DNA from: Bradymonadia bacterium
GTDB taxonomy: Bacteria; Myxococcota_A; Bradymonadia; UBA7976; UBA1532
Direction: 5' to 3'
Length of the DNA stretch: 52,031 bases
NCBI GenBank assembly: GCA_046290225.1
Contig: JBKAGE010000010.1
Location: 1 to 52,031, forward strand
In this document: positions 10,376-20,225 of the stretch, one piece after another
How the letters are laid out: the number at the start of each line of letters is the position of its first letter
Position numbering within the stretch: the first letter of the stretch is position 1
Made by a program: the position numbers and the translations under genes
Notes under the pieces: model-generated
Told to the model about the DNA's origin: nothing
Database searches by the model: none
Seen by the model: the letters and a program-made list of their open reading frames with translations, nothing else

Positions 10376-10577
10376 CGTGCGCTCCCGTCCCATGTATGTT
10401 CGCTGTGTATTTGAGTCTGCATCGCAACGCCTCAGCCTCAAGGGATATTCACACGGACACCGCCTGTGGCCTCGCGGCTCGCCCCAAAAACAATTGAACA
10501 TTCGTTCAGACAAACCTTTTCATTCGCCCATCCCCTCGACATTCCTGGGCCCTTTTCGAATTCGTGCAGATTCTCCC

Positions 10578-10605
10578 TTGCGAGGTCGGTGTAGACGACT
10601 AGACT
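10578..10605 (+). promoter_or_regulatory. Candidate sigma70-type promoter of the MoxR operon
   Basis: TTGCGA-N16-TAGACT about 75 bp upstream of ATG10681. Confidence 0.35.
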
Positions 10606-10680
10606 GCCCGCCATACACATCGTCAGACCGTAAACGCACATCGGCAGTGATTGCTGATCCAACAAGGTGGAGGCTTGAAA

Positions 10681-11817
10681 ATGGGCGAAGCGCTGAGGTT
10701 GCCTGCAGAAGCTCGTTACCCCGAAGAGTTCGCTGCTCTCGACGCGAACGATAAAGATCCCAAGCCCGAGAACTGGCGGTTCTCTCCCCGCGCCGTCGAG
10801 ACCTTCATCCTCGGCAGCCAGGGTCAGCCCCTCTCCTACGAGACCGAAGACGGCGAGACCAAAGAGGTGGTCATCAGCAAGAAGTTCTTCGGCGACGACA
10901 TCCTGGTTCAGCGCAGCATCGTCACCCTGGCTTCGGACCGCGGCCTGCTGCTCATCGGCGAGCCCGGCACCGCCAAGAGCTGGCTGAGTGAGCACATCAC
11001 CGCCGCCGTGAGCGGCAACAGCCTGCTCACCGTGCAGGGCACCGCGGGCCTCACCGAAGACCAGATCAAGTACAGCTGGAACTACGCCCTGTTGCTCGCC
11101 GAGGGCCCTTCCCCCAAGGCCCTGGTCCCCGCCCCGCTCTACGTGGGCATGAAACACGGCCGCATCGTGCGCTTTGAGGAGATCACCCGCGCCCCTCACG
11201 AGGTGCAGGACACCCTGCTCACCTGCCTGAGCGACAAGGTGCTCGTGATCCCCGAGCTCGCCGGTGACGACGGCTACCTGCTCGCCAAGCGCGGCTTCAA
11301 CATCATCGGCACCGCCAACACCCGCGATCGCGGCGTGAACGAGATGTCGAGCGCCCTGAAGCGCCGCTTCAACTTCGAGACCATCGCCCCGGTGGACGAT
11401 CTCAACGAGGAGATCCGCATCGTGAAGGGCCAGGTGAGCGGCCTGCTCAAGGGCGCCGACTCGGCAGACGTGAAGCTCGGCGACGACATCCTCGAGCTCA
11501 TCGTCACCACCTTCCACGAGATCCGCGAGGGTCGCACCACCGAGGGCGTGAAGGTGGACAAGGCCAGCAGCGTGATGTCCACCGCCGAGGCGGTCTCCGT
11601 GGGCTTCCACAGCAGCCTCTACAGCAAGTTCTTCGACGAGAAGGTGGTGAAGCCCGAGCACGTGGCCATCAACATGGCCGGCGCCGTGGTGAAGGACAAC
11701 GCCGACGATCTCAAGGTGTTGCGCAACTACTGGGAGGTGGCCGTGAAGCCCCGAGCCCAGAAGGACGTGGGCCTCTGGAAGGCCTTCTACAAAGCCCGCA
11801 AGTACCTCAAGGTTTGA
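10681..11817 (+). CDS. yehL: MoxR-family AAA+ ATPase, YehL subfamily
   Basis: LRLPAEARY..E, W.FSPRAV, Walker A GEPGTAKS, YSWNYALLLAEGP, Walker B RFEEITR, GTANTRDRGVNEMSSALKRRF; GGAGG RBS. Confidence 0.9.
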   Translation: MGEALRLPAEARYPEEFAALDANDKDPKPENWRFSPRAVETFILGSQGQPLSYETEDGETKEVVISKKFFGDDILVQRSIVTLASDRGLLLIGEPGTAKSWLSEHITAAVSGNSLLTVQGTAGLTEDQIKYSWNYALLLAEGPSPKALVPAPLYVGMKHGRIVRFEEITRAPHEVQDTLLTCLSDKVLVIPELAGDDGYLLAKRGFNIIGTANTRDRGVNEMSSALKRRFNFETIAPVDDLNEEIRIVKGQVSGLLKGADSADVKLGDDILELIVTTFHEIREGRTTEGVKVDKASSVMSTAEAVSVGFHSSLYSKFFDEKVVKPEHVAINMAGAVVKDNADDLKVLRNYWEVAVKPRAQKDVGLWKAFYKARKYLKV

Positions 11818-11987
11818 GGCCGCGGAGAGGTCTGCCCCCGCCGTCTCGCCTGCCCTCGTAGCCACTGGCGTCGTGCCGCGCGCGTTTCGGTCCGCACACC
11901 TCACCTCGTCCCGACGCAGGCAGGGGCGCCAGCTGGTGCGCCCTTCATCCTCATTTGCGCACACCCTAACCCACCGAGGGGAACGTC

Positions 11988-14456
11988 ATGGCCGCCCGCA
12001 AAAAGAAGGAGCTCACGCCTCAACAGGGGGTGGAGAAAGTCCTCGCGGAGCGGGAGAAGAACCGCGTCATCTATTTTCCGGTGCGGCACTTCAGCCCCGT
12101 CTGCGCATGGCAGCTCAAGCAACTGATCCACGAGGTTCAGCCCGTGGGGGTGCTCGTCGAGGGCCCCGAAGACGCCACTGAGCTCATCGAGTACATGGTG
12201 CACGCCGACACCCGGCCGCCCTTCACCATCTTCTCGTCCTACGTCGACAAGAAGAACATGTTCGGCCTCAACGGCACGCTGAGCCCCAGCGTGGACGTGC
12301 CCGCCCGCTACCGGGGCTGGTGGCCCATGACCGAGTACTGTCCCGAGTACGTGGCCCTCAAAGAGGGCGCCGCCGTGGGGGCCAAGCTCAGCTTCATCGA
12401 CATCCCCCTCTCGGGCACGATCCCCTTCAACCACGTGCCCCGACAGAACATCAATCAGGTCGTTGAAGATCGCCACCTGGCGGAGAACGCCTTCTTCGAC
12501 GCCCTGAGCAAGCAGCAGCGGCGGCGGTCTTTCGACGAGTTCTGGAACGCCAACTTCGAGGTGGCGGGCTTCAGCACCGAGACCGAGCAGTTCATGCGGG
12601 CGGTGCTGCTCTTCGCGTGGTGCACCCGCTTCGCAGGCATCGATCCGAACGCCGAGAACCCCTTCGAGGCCCTCGAGGCCGACGGCACGCTCGCCCGCGA
12701 AGCCCATATGAAGTACTGCATCGACAAGTTCCTCAAGGAGAACCTCGAGGGTACGGTCATCGTGGTCACTGGGGCCTTCCACTCCGTGGCGCTGCCCACC
12801 ACCAAGAAGAAGAAGGCCAAGTACAAGAAGGACGCCAACCTCGAGACGCTGCTCACCAGCCACTCGTACCACGCCCTGGCCAACCTCTATTCGCTCAACC
12901 GGTTGCCCACCTACGGGCAGGTGGTCTGGGATCAAATGGAGGGTCAGGTCGAGAAGCCCTTCGACGCCGCGGCCCTGCAGCTCGCCATCCAGATCATGCG
13001 CTCCGCCCGAGATCACGACGAGGGGGTGAGCACCGCCGACGCCGTGGGCACCTACAAGGCGGCCCTCAACCTCGCCACCCTGCGCAAGAACGGTGAGGTC
13101 ACCCTCGAAGATCTCACCGACGCTGTGCAGATGGGCTACGTGAAGGGCGACCGGCGCATCAAGGGCACGGTCATCGAGAAGTGCACCCAGGAGATCTTGA
13201 TCGGCACCCGCCTCGGCCGCGTCACCAGCGCCGCCGGTCAGGCGCCGATGATCCGCGACTTCTACGCCCAGTGCCGCGCCTTCAAGCTCGACATCACCGG
13301 CGTGAGCAAGGTGGTGCGCTGCGACATCCACAAGCAGGAAGCCCACCGCCTCAAGAGCGCGTTCCTGCATCAGGCCAACCACCTGAGCGTGCCCATGTTC
13401 GGGGTGCTCGACTCCGGGGGCTGGAACAGCACCTACTCGCACTACAAGGGCCCTGATCTCGTCACCGGCGAGAACATGCACCTCATCGGCGAGACCTGGG
13501 CGGTGCGCTGGCAGGAGAAGGTGGACGATCGTCTGCTCGAGCTGTCCGATCGTGGCTCCAGCGTCGCTGCCGCCGCGGGGGATCTGCTCAAAGAGCAGCT
13601 CATCGGCGCCGTGGGCAACGCCGAGGACAGCACCCGGCTGCTGCTCAAATGCGCCCAGATGATGCTGCTCGATCTCTTCGACGACGTGCTCGACGCCGTG
13701 GAAGACGCCATCGTCGTCGACGCCGCCTTCGATCACCTCGTGAAGGCCCTGAGCGACTTCGTGGTGCTGCACACCTACCGCGACGCCCTGGCCACCCAGG
13801 GCCACACCCGCATGCTCAACACCATCGTCACGCTCTACAACCGGGCGCTGGCGGTGCTGCCGGGCATCGCCAACGCCGACGACAGCGTGGCCAGCGATCA
13901 GGCGAAGCTGCTGCTCGACCGGCTGCAGACCCTGGTGCGCATCTCGCTGACCTTCGAGGGCACCGAGCTCGATCGTGGCCATCTCGTGGAGCGCATCCAC
14001 GAGATGGTGGGCGATCCGGACGGCTCCCCCGTCTTGCGTGGGGCGGGCTTCGGCATCCTGTTCTCCTTCGGTGCCACCCGGGAGAAGGTGGTGACCCGCG
14101 AGCTGAGCGGCTACCTCATGGGGCCCCCTCAGCGGGTGGTGCAGGCAGGGGCCTTCCTCGAGGGCCTGTTCATGAGCTCGAAGAGCATCTTCATGGGCAG
14201 CCCCCGCCTGCTGCGGGCCATCAACCGGGTACTCGCGGAGCTCGACTGGGACACGTTCCGTATCCTGCTCCCCGATCTGCGTCGCGCCTTCACCCAGTTC
14301 ATCCCCAGCGAGATTGACAAGATCTCGGTGAAGGTGAGCGAGGAGATCGGCCTCGACGAGGCGCCCTCACCAGACGAGCCGGTGCCCGAGGCGCTGCAGC
14401 GCGTGAGCGCTCAGGCCGACGCCCGGGTCACCGCCCTGCTCGAGCAGTGGATCTGA
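11988..14456 (+). CDS. DUF5682 / YehM-like protein
   Basis: PVRHFSPVCA (cf. IRHHSPACA), VLVEGPED, PEYVAL, FIDIP, REAHM, VVTGAFH; follows yehL. Confidence 0.85.
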   Translation: MAARKKKELTPQQGVEKVLAEREKNRVIYFPVRHFSPVCAWQLKQLIHEVQPVGVLVEGPEDATELIEYMVHADTRPPFTIFSSYVDKKNMFGLNGTLSPSVDVPARYRGWWPMTEYCPEYVALKEGAAVGAKLSFIDIPLSGTIPFNHVPRQNINQVVEDRHLAENAFFDALSKQQRRRSFDEFWNANFEVAGFSTETEQFMRAVLLFAWCTRFAGIDPNAENPFEALEADGTLAREAHMKYCIDKFLKENLEGTVIVVTGAFHSVALPTTKKKKAKYKKDANLETLLTSHSYHALANLYSLNRLPTYGQVVWDQMEGQVEKPFDAAALQLAIQIMRSARDHDEGVSTADAVGTYKAALNLATLRKNGEVTLEDLTDAVQMGYVKGDRRIKGTVIEKCTQEILIGTRLGRVTSAAGQAPMIRDFYAQCRAFKLDITGVSKVVRCDIHKQEAHRLKSAFLHQANHLSVPMFGVLDSGGWNSTYSHYKGPDLVTGENMHLIGETWAVRWQEKVDDRLLELSDRGSSVAAAAGDLLKEQLIGAVGNAEDSTRLLLKCAQMMLLDLFDDVLDAVEDAIVVDAAFDHLVKALSDFVVLHTYRDALATQGHTRMLNTIVTLYNRALAVLPGIANADDSVASDQAKLLLDRLQTLVRISLTFEGTELDRGHLVERIHEMVGDPDGSPVLRGAGFGILFSFGATREKVVTRELSGYLMGPPQRVVQAGAFLEGLFMSSKSIFMGSPRLLRAINRVLAELDWDTFRILLPDLRRAFTQFIPSEIDKISVKVSEEIGLDEAPSPDEPVPEALQRVSAQADARVTALLEQWI

Positions 14457-14466
14457 GGGGGTCGTC

Positions 14467-15744
14467 GTGAGTGATCCGAACACAGTCTCTCCATTTGAAG
14501 AGCTGCCGGCAGAGCTGAGCCCTGAGGGCACCGACGAGGGTCAAGTAGAGCAGGCGCTGCGCTGGCGTTTGATCCTCGGCGGCTTCTCTGACGAGCGTCT
14601 TGGGTACAACCGCCTTCAGGGCGCCGTGGGCCCCGGCGACAGCTCGCTCCAGGCGGGCCTCGACGGCGAGCCTGGCGCCGGGGGCGTGCCCTCTGATCTC
14701 AGCGGCATGCTCGATCAGGCCCAGACCATGGACAAGACCCTGTCGTACATCTACGACCGGGAGCAGGCCAAGCGGTCACACCGTCAGGCCGGTGGCGGCG
14801 GCGGCAAGGGCATGAGCGTGCCCATGTGGCTCAAGGGGGTGCGCAACCTGTTCCCTCGAGAGGCCCAGGAGGTCATGGAGCAAGACGCTCTGGCCCGCTA
14901 TGGCCTCACCGAGCTGGTCACCGATCCTGACATTTTGAAGAAGATGGAGCCCAGCGAAGAGCTGCTGAAGACCATTCTGCAGTTCAAGCACATGATGAAG
15001 GGCCCAGTGCTCGACGAAGCGCGGCGCATCGTCAACGAGGTCGTGGCTCAGATCGCCGACAAGATCATGAACGAGTGCCGCTCGGCTCTGCACGGGGCCA
15101 CCGATCCCGAGCAGCTGCCGCCTCTGCGCACGTTCAACAACACCGACTGGCGCAAGACGATCCAGCGCAACCTCAAGAACTGGGACGCAGAGCGCGAGCG
15201 CCTCATCGCCGATCGCATCTTCTACAAGCACAAGCAGCGCAAGAAGCACAGCTGGAACATCATCGTCGCCGTGGACCAGTCGGGCTCGATGACCGAGAGC
15301 CTGATCCACAGCAGCATCATGGCGGCCATCTTCACCACGTTGCCCGCCGTCGATGTGCACCTCGTCTTGTGGGATCACCGCTTCGTCGACATGTCGGCCA
15401 TCGCCAGCGATCCGCTCGAGGTGCTGATGACCAGCCAGATGGGCGGCGGCACGCAGATGCTGCCGGCCATGCAGTACAGCGCCAGCCTGATCACCGAGCC
15501 CGAGCGCACCATCTTCGTGCTCATCAGCGACTGGTACATCTGGGGTGAGCAGAAACAGTGCCTCGCCCTGGCCCACGAGCTTCACGAGGCCGGAGTCATC
15601 GGCATCGGCCTCTCGGCCCTCGACGCCGACGCTCGCCCCATCTACGACGAAGGCTTTGCCAAGCAGCTCGCAGGCTGTGGGTGGTTCGTCGCCGCCCTCA
15701 CCCCGAAGAAGCTGGCAGAGCACATCGCCAAGATCATCGCTTAA
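14467..15744 (+). CDS. VWA domain protein (CoxE/YehP-like)
   Basis: RWRLILG N-terminal motif, W...VRNLFP, DWRKTIQRNLKNW, MIDAS DQSGSM, GGGT, LISD. Confidence 0.9.
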   Translation: MSDPNTVSPFEELPAELSPEGTDEGQVEQALRWRLILGGFSDERLGYNRLQGAVGPGDSSLQAGLDGEPGAGGVPSDLSGMLDQAQTMDKTLSYIYDREQAKRSHRQAGGGGGKGMSVPMWLKGVRNLFPREAQEVMEQDALARYGLTELVTDPDILKKMEPSEELLKTILQFKHMMKGPVLDEARRIVNEVVAQIADKIMNECRSALHGATDPEQLPPLRTFNNTDWRKTIQRNLKNWDAERERLIADRIFYKHKQRKKHSWNIIVAVDQSGSMTESLIHSSIMAAIFTTLPAVDVHLVLWDHRFVDMSAIASDPLEVLMTSQMGGGTQMLPAMQYSASLITEPERTIFVLISDWYIWGEQKQCLALAHELHEAGVIGIGLSALDADARPIYDEGFAKQLAGCGWFVAALTPKKLAEHIAKIIA

Positions 15745-15758
15745 CCCGGGAGACCACC

Positions 15759-16937
15759 ATGGCTGAGACTCCAGCAGAAACCACCGCGGCAGAAGCGCCG
15801 GTCAAGCTCCCGAAGACCGTCCGGGACAAGATGGCCCGGATGAAGGTGGCCTTCGACAAGATCGATCGCTTGCTGTACCGCCTTGGGCAGCAGGGGCTGC
15901 AGCGCATGAGCGCCTCGAGCGCTACAGAACTGCAAGCCCTGCAGCAGACGGCCCACAACGCCGCCCTGATCACCATCGAGCGCCAGATCGAGATCCTCGC
16001 CACCCACGTGCAGCGGTATCTCGACAAAGATCCCTTGTTCACCCTCGACGCCTATATGTCGACGATCAACAAGATCTGGCTGCTCAACAAGCAGGCTCGC
16101 GCCCTCTTCGAGACCGGGGCCCTGCCCGACCAGATGATCGACGTCATCGGTGAGACGCGTCGTAGCTACACCATGCTCGACGAAGACATCACCCTGCAGC
16201 CCCTCGGGGCCTCGGGATGGGTCACCGACACCGACTTCGTGGGCATCACGCTGTACTTCTATGTCGACGGCAAAGGCGAGATCTACGAGGCCTCGTCGTG
16301 CAAGCCCACGATGTACTTCGGCACCAACCCCCGGCGCCTGATGACGCAGCCCATCAGCGACTATGTCTATCAGTCGATCTATGACATGTCCCACGGGGCC
16401 TACACCTTCAGGAACGCCAAGATCTCCCGAGACGGCCGGCTGTCGCTGCACAAAGATCTCGAGATCAAAAAGGCGCCCTACATCGGTGGCCGCGCCTACT
16501 CTGCCCTGGCGGTGAACAACTGGAAGGAGCTGCTCGAGCGGCTCAAGTCCAAGCAGACCAACCCCGTGGGGGCCAGCGCCGCGTCGCTCGTGTTCATCGA
16601 GCCCACGAACTACTGGCCCCTCAACATCGATCAGAAGAACGCCCGGGCCACGGCGGAGCTCGACGACGATCAGGGCGCCCGGCTGCAAATCGAGGTGCCC
16701 CTGCGGGCCGAGAACAACTTCCTGATCGACAACCTCGAGTTCATGCTCGGGCCCAAGGGCAAGAAGGTGCGGCCCAACGCCATCTTCGGCCGGGCCTGGA
16801 CCTCTGAAGGCCGCCTCAAGCTGTTCCCGTACACCGCGGTCTACAACCAGGCGGTGGTGGTGAAAGATCACGGCCAGAAGCGGGTGAACGAAGTGCACCT
16901 GTCGCTGGAATCCATGAAGAACGTCGGGGGAGTGTAA
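15759..16937 (+). CDS. YehQ-like protein without SWIM zinc finger
   Basis: ATG15759 with GGAG. Motifs GLQRMS...AHNAAL..IER and LQPLGASGW.T..F.GITLYF resemble the C-terminal part of yeh-operon SWIM proteins; no CxC...CxH. Confidence 0.65.
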   Translation: MAETPAETTAAEAPVKLPKTVRDKMARMKVAFDKIDRLLYRLGQQGLQRMSASSATELQALQQTAHNAALITIERQIEILATHVQRYLDKDPLFTLDAYMSTINKIWLLNKQARALFETGALPDQMIDVIGETRRSYTMLDEDITLQPLGASGWVTDTDFVGITLYFYVDGKGEIYEASSCKPTMYFGTNPRRLMTQPISDYVYQSIYDMSHGAYTFRNAKISRDGRLSLHKDLEIKKAPYIGGRAYSALAVNNWKELLERLKSKQTNPVGASAASLVFIEPTNYWPLNIDQKNARATAELDDDQGARLQIEVPLRAENNFLIDNLEFMLGPKGKKVRPNAIFGRAWTSEGRLKLFPYTAVYNQAVVVKDHGQKRVNEVHLSLESMKNVGGV

Positions 16938-16938
16938 C

Positions 16939-19068
16939 GTGAGCGAGACACCTCAGAACGAAGAGGCTCAAGGCGAGCAAGAGCTTACGCTGACGCTGAG
17001 CGCCCCCACCCTCGAGCCCGAGGTAGAGAGCGCCCTGCAGACCGCCACCGACGAGGCCAACGGCTTCGGCCAGTCCCTCGCCGAGGGCGTGCAGAAGCTC
17101 AAGGCCGAGCGCGAAGCCGCCGGCAAGACCGACGAAGGCACTGCAGAGGACATCAGTGAGGTCGGCGTGAGCGGTATGCTGCTCAAGCGGTTCCTCGCCG
17201 ACACCGAAGAGGCCCTGCGTCAGGTCTTCGTCGCCGGGCTGAGCTACCCCGATCCCGAGCTGCCCGACGAGCTCGTGGCCCTCGCCGAGCGTGCGCGGCG
17301 TCACGGCCTGCCTGGGGCCATGGAGCGCCTGCTCCGGCTCAAAGTCTGGGTAGAGGGCATCAACAGCCACCCCGACACCGCCAGCCGTTTCCTCTACACC
17401 CAGGGGGCCTGGCAAGAGACGCAGAAGCTGGTGAGCTGGCTGCGGTTGTTCTCCATCGAGTTCGACTTCATGGTCATCGAGAGCAACCTCACCACCGACT
17501 CCACCGGCGACGACACCCGCAAGCGCGAGAAGGCCTACCCCACGGCCACCATGCGGGTCTGGCCTCTGGGCATCGAGACCCAGGGCAGCGGCATGATCTT
17601 GATCTACGGGCAAGACGCCGAGACCGGCGCCTTCGTGATCTTGAGAGATCAGCTGGCAGAGTTCAAAAGAGACAACCTGTTCCTGGGCAAGTCGATCAGC
17701 CGGCTGTTTCAGGAGGCCGTACAGCTCGACGGGGTGCTCAGCAGCCTGATCCGGCTCGAGAACCACCCGGTGGTGAAGCGCAAGAAGGTGCACCTGTTCC
17801 GGCCCGCCTTCCGCACCGCCCCCACCCTGTTGGGGGTGGCCGACAACTTTGTGCCCCCTGCCCTGCAGGCCTACGAAGAAGACAAGACCGAAGGCCCCGC
17901 CACCCTCACCTCGAAGGTGCTCTACCGCTCGGGCCGTCAGTACTGGGACACCCCCACACCCATCGAGACCTCTGATCTCGTGCGCTTCAACGTCACCAAG
18001 CTCCTCGCTCGGGAGCAACAGCGCATGATGGATCTCGACCTTGTGGTACGGCCCCACGAAGACAGTCTGCGTATTTTGAGCCTCACCACCGAGATCGACG
18101 GGCGCAGGTTCATCACCCTCGATCCCACGCCGTATCGTCTGAGCACCAACGCCCTGGCGAGCAACGCCAACGAGACCGCCAAGGCCCTCGCCGACGACGG
18201 CGCCCCCCCGATGATCGGGGCCCTGCTCCAGGCCACGGCCTACATGTTCGGTGGCGCCAGCGGCAGCGCCAAAGACGATCTGCGTGATCGCCTCAGCGAC
18301 ATCCAGTGCGTGGGCCTCGACGAGTTCTATGGCCTGGGCCTGGCGCGGTTTCTCCTTGGCGCGGAGCCCAGCGATGCCGAGAAAGACGAGATCCTCGAGG
18401 TGGCTCGGGCCACCTTCACCATCGCCACCCTGTCGCCGGGCGATCACGTGCCCTTGAAGGCACTGCGCAAGGTGCTCGGGCGCCCGGCGAGCTCCGGCGA
18501 CGTCGAGCTCGTGGAAGATCTCCACGTCTATCAGGCCCTGTGGCTCGTCGAACAGATCGGCAAGCTGGACGACATCACCAGCGAGCTGGCCGCCCTCAAG
18601 AAGCGGTACAGCAAGAAGATCTCCAGCCCCACTCCGGGGCTGGTCTGTGCCCGGGCCCTCACCACGGCCTTCGCCGGCCGCGCCAAGGATCCCGACAAGG
18701 CCATGGAGACCGCCCTGACCTTCCTCAACGGTCACTTGGGCGATCTCGGCCACACCCGCACCGGGCGTCGTCGCCGCAGCCGCACCACCATGGCCTTCCC
18801 CGAGTTGCTCGAGCTGTTCCAGCTCGCCGACACCCGGGCCCAGCTCGAGGGCCTCGACCGGCACGGCTATACCGTGGCCGATCTCAAGCGCGTGGGGGCC
18901 ACCCTCGACCGCATGAAGCTGGCCCAGATGAGCGTCGACGGCCTGTACGTCTGGCGCACCCTGAAGGCCACCGACGACGCCCCGACCCGCATCGAGTCGG
19001 CCATCCGGGCCGCCGAGGCCATGTTGACCATCGCCGCCGCCGGCCTTAAAGACCTCATCATCCTGTGA
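16939..19068 (+). CDS. Hypothetical protein, distant paralogue of the preceding gene
   Basis: 709-aa ORF starting 1 nt after the previous stop; AGLSYP...LAERARRHGL and VWPLG motifs; host-like codon use. Confidence 0.8.
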   Translation: MSETPQNEEAQGEQELTLTLSAPTLEPEVESALQTATDEANGFGQSLAEGVQKLKAEREAAGKTDEGTAEDISEVGVSGMLLKRFLADTEEALRQVFVAGLSYPDPELPDELVALAERARRHGLPGAMERLLRLKVWVEGINSHPDTASRFLYTQGAWQETQKLVSWLRLFSIEFDFMVIESNLTTDSTGDDTRKREKAYPTATMRVWPLGIETQGSGMILIYGQDAETGAFVILRDQLAEFKRDNLFLGKSISRLFQEAVQLDGVLSSLIRLENHPVVKRKKVHLFRPAFRTAPTLLGVADNFVPPALQAYEEDKTEGPATLTSKVLYRSGRQYWDTPTPIETSDLVRFNVTKLLAREQQRMMDLDLVVRPHEDSLRILSLTTEIDGRRFITLDPTPYRLSTNALASNANETAKALADDGAPPMIGALLQATAYMFGGASGSAKDDLRDRLSDIQCVGLDEFYGLGLARFLLGAEPSDAEKDEILEVARATFTIATLSPGDHVPLKALRKVLGRPASSGDVELVEDLHVYQALWLVEQIGKLDDITSELAALKKRYSKKISSPTPGLVCARALTTAFAGRAKDPDKAMETALTFLNGHLGDLGHTRTGRRRRSRTTMAFPELLELFQLADTRAQLEGLDRHGYTVADLKRVGATLDRMKLAQMSVDGLYVWRTLKATDDAPTRIESAIRAAEAMLTIAAAGLKDLIIL

Positions 19069-20225
19069 GCCTGGGGGACGCCATGAGCACCAACATCTAC
19101 GACACCCTCAGCCACCTCGTGGCCTGGACCGCCCCCCCTGAGCACGCCGTGCTCAGCCTCTACCTCGACATCTCTGCGCGGTCGGGGGTGGAGGCGGCGG
19201 TGGACTATGCCCGCAACGCCTGGCCCGACGCCGTGGCTCAGGCCAGCGCCCGCAGCCACTCCACCCACGCCGCCGAGGCTCTCGACGCCTTGAGCGAGCA
19301 GGTCGAGGTCTTCCTCGAGCAGGAGCTCGAGGACATCGTGCAGGCAGCCCGCGACAAAGACTACGATGGCCTCGCTGTGTTCCTCTGCCCCGAGCCGCAG
19401 CTCCGGCAGATCGTGCAGCTGCGCTTCGGCTTCGAAGATCAGCTGCTCATCGGCCGCGATCCGTTCTTGCGACAGCTGCTCTACATCGCCGAAGAGTACG
19501 AGCGCTCGGTGTGTGCCCTCGTGGGCTACCCCGACGCCGATACCGCCCTGTTGTGCGAGCTGCACGTGGGCGATGTGGTGCAGGTGCACGAGGTCAAGGC
19601 CAGCCAGCGGCGCGATCTCTCCAGTGAGCTCAACGCCCACGTGAGCCGCATGATCCGCGAAGATCCGCAGCTGCACGTCATCTTGATGGGCAACGCCGAG
19701 GCCCGTAAGGCTGCAGAAGACGTCTTCAGCCGCGACGTGCTCGATCGCATCATCGATCGCATCGAGCCTGTGGACGAGATGGGTCACGCCATCGGGGATT
19801 CTGGTCAGGCCGTAGGCCCTGAGAGCGAGGGGTTCCTCCGGGCCATGCACCGCAGCCTGCAGGCCTACGAGCGCCGGGCCGAGGCCCAGGGCGTCGCCCG
19901 CATCCTGGCGCTGCGCTCGAACCCCGAGAAAGCGGCCATTGGTCTGCCCGCCACCCTCGCAGCCATCAACAAGGGCAAGCTCAAAGTTCTGTACATTTTG
20001 CAGGATTACGAGGGCTACGGCTGGCTGTGCGACGCTTGCGACACCCTCGGGGCCCATCAGCCGCCTCCAGCGTGTACAGCTTGCGGCGCCACGGTGGCCA
20101 GTGTACCTCTCGAAGAGCACATTCTCGATCAGGCCGCGGCCTGTGGTGCTGAGATCGACACCGTAAAAGACAGCGTCGCCCTCGCGGAGATCGGGGGCGT
20201 CGGGGCCCTGCTCGATGACCCATAA
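19065..20225 (+). CDS. Bacterial archaeo-eukaryotic release factor (baeRF)/eRF1-Pelota-like protein with Zn ribbon
   Basis: VLSLYLD, GLAVF, PFLRQL...EEYER, GLPATLAAINKGKLKVL, CDAC...CTAC, A...GAEI..V...L...GGVGALL (eRF1 domain 3). GTGA overlap with the previous gene; alternative ATG19083. Confidence 0.85.
   Translation: MSLGDAMSTNIYDTLSHLVAWTAPPEHAVLSLYLDISARSGVEAAVDYARNAWPDAVAQASARSHSTHAAEALDALSEQVEVFLEQELEDIVQAARDKDYDGLAVFLCPEPQLRQIVQLRFGFEDQLLIGRDPFLRQLLYIAEEYERSVCALVGYPDADTALLCELHVGDVVQVHEVKASQRRDLSSELNAHVSRMIREDPQLHVILMGNAEARKAAEDVFSRDVLDRIIDRIEPVDEMGHAIGDSGQAVGPESEGFLRAMHRSLQAYERRAEAQGVARILALRSNPEKAAIGLPATLAAINKGKLKVLYILQDYEGYGWLCDACDTLGAHQPPPACTACGATVASVPLEEHILDQAAACGAEIDTVKDSVALAEIGGVGALLDDP

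Noticed and set aside
11818..11987. 170-bp GC-rich gap after yehL with short inverted repeats (GGGCGC...GCGCCC)
   Set aside because: Stems are short and expected by chance; no credible ORF or terminator.
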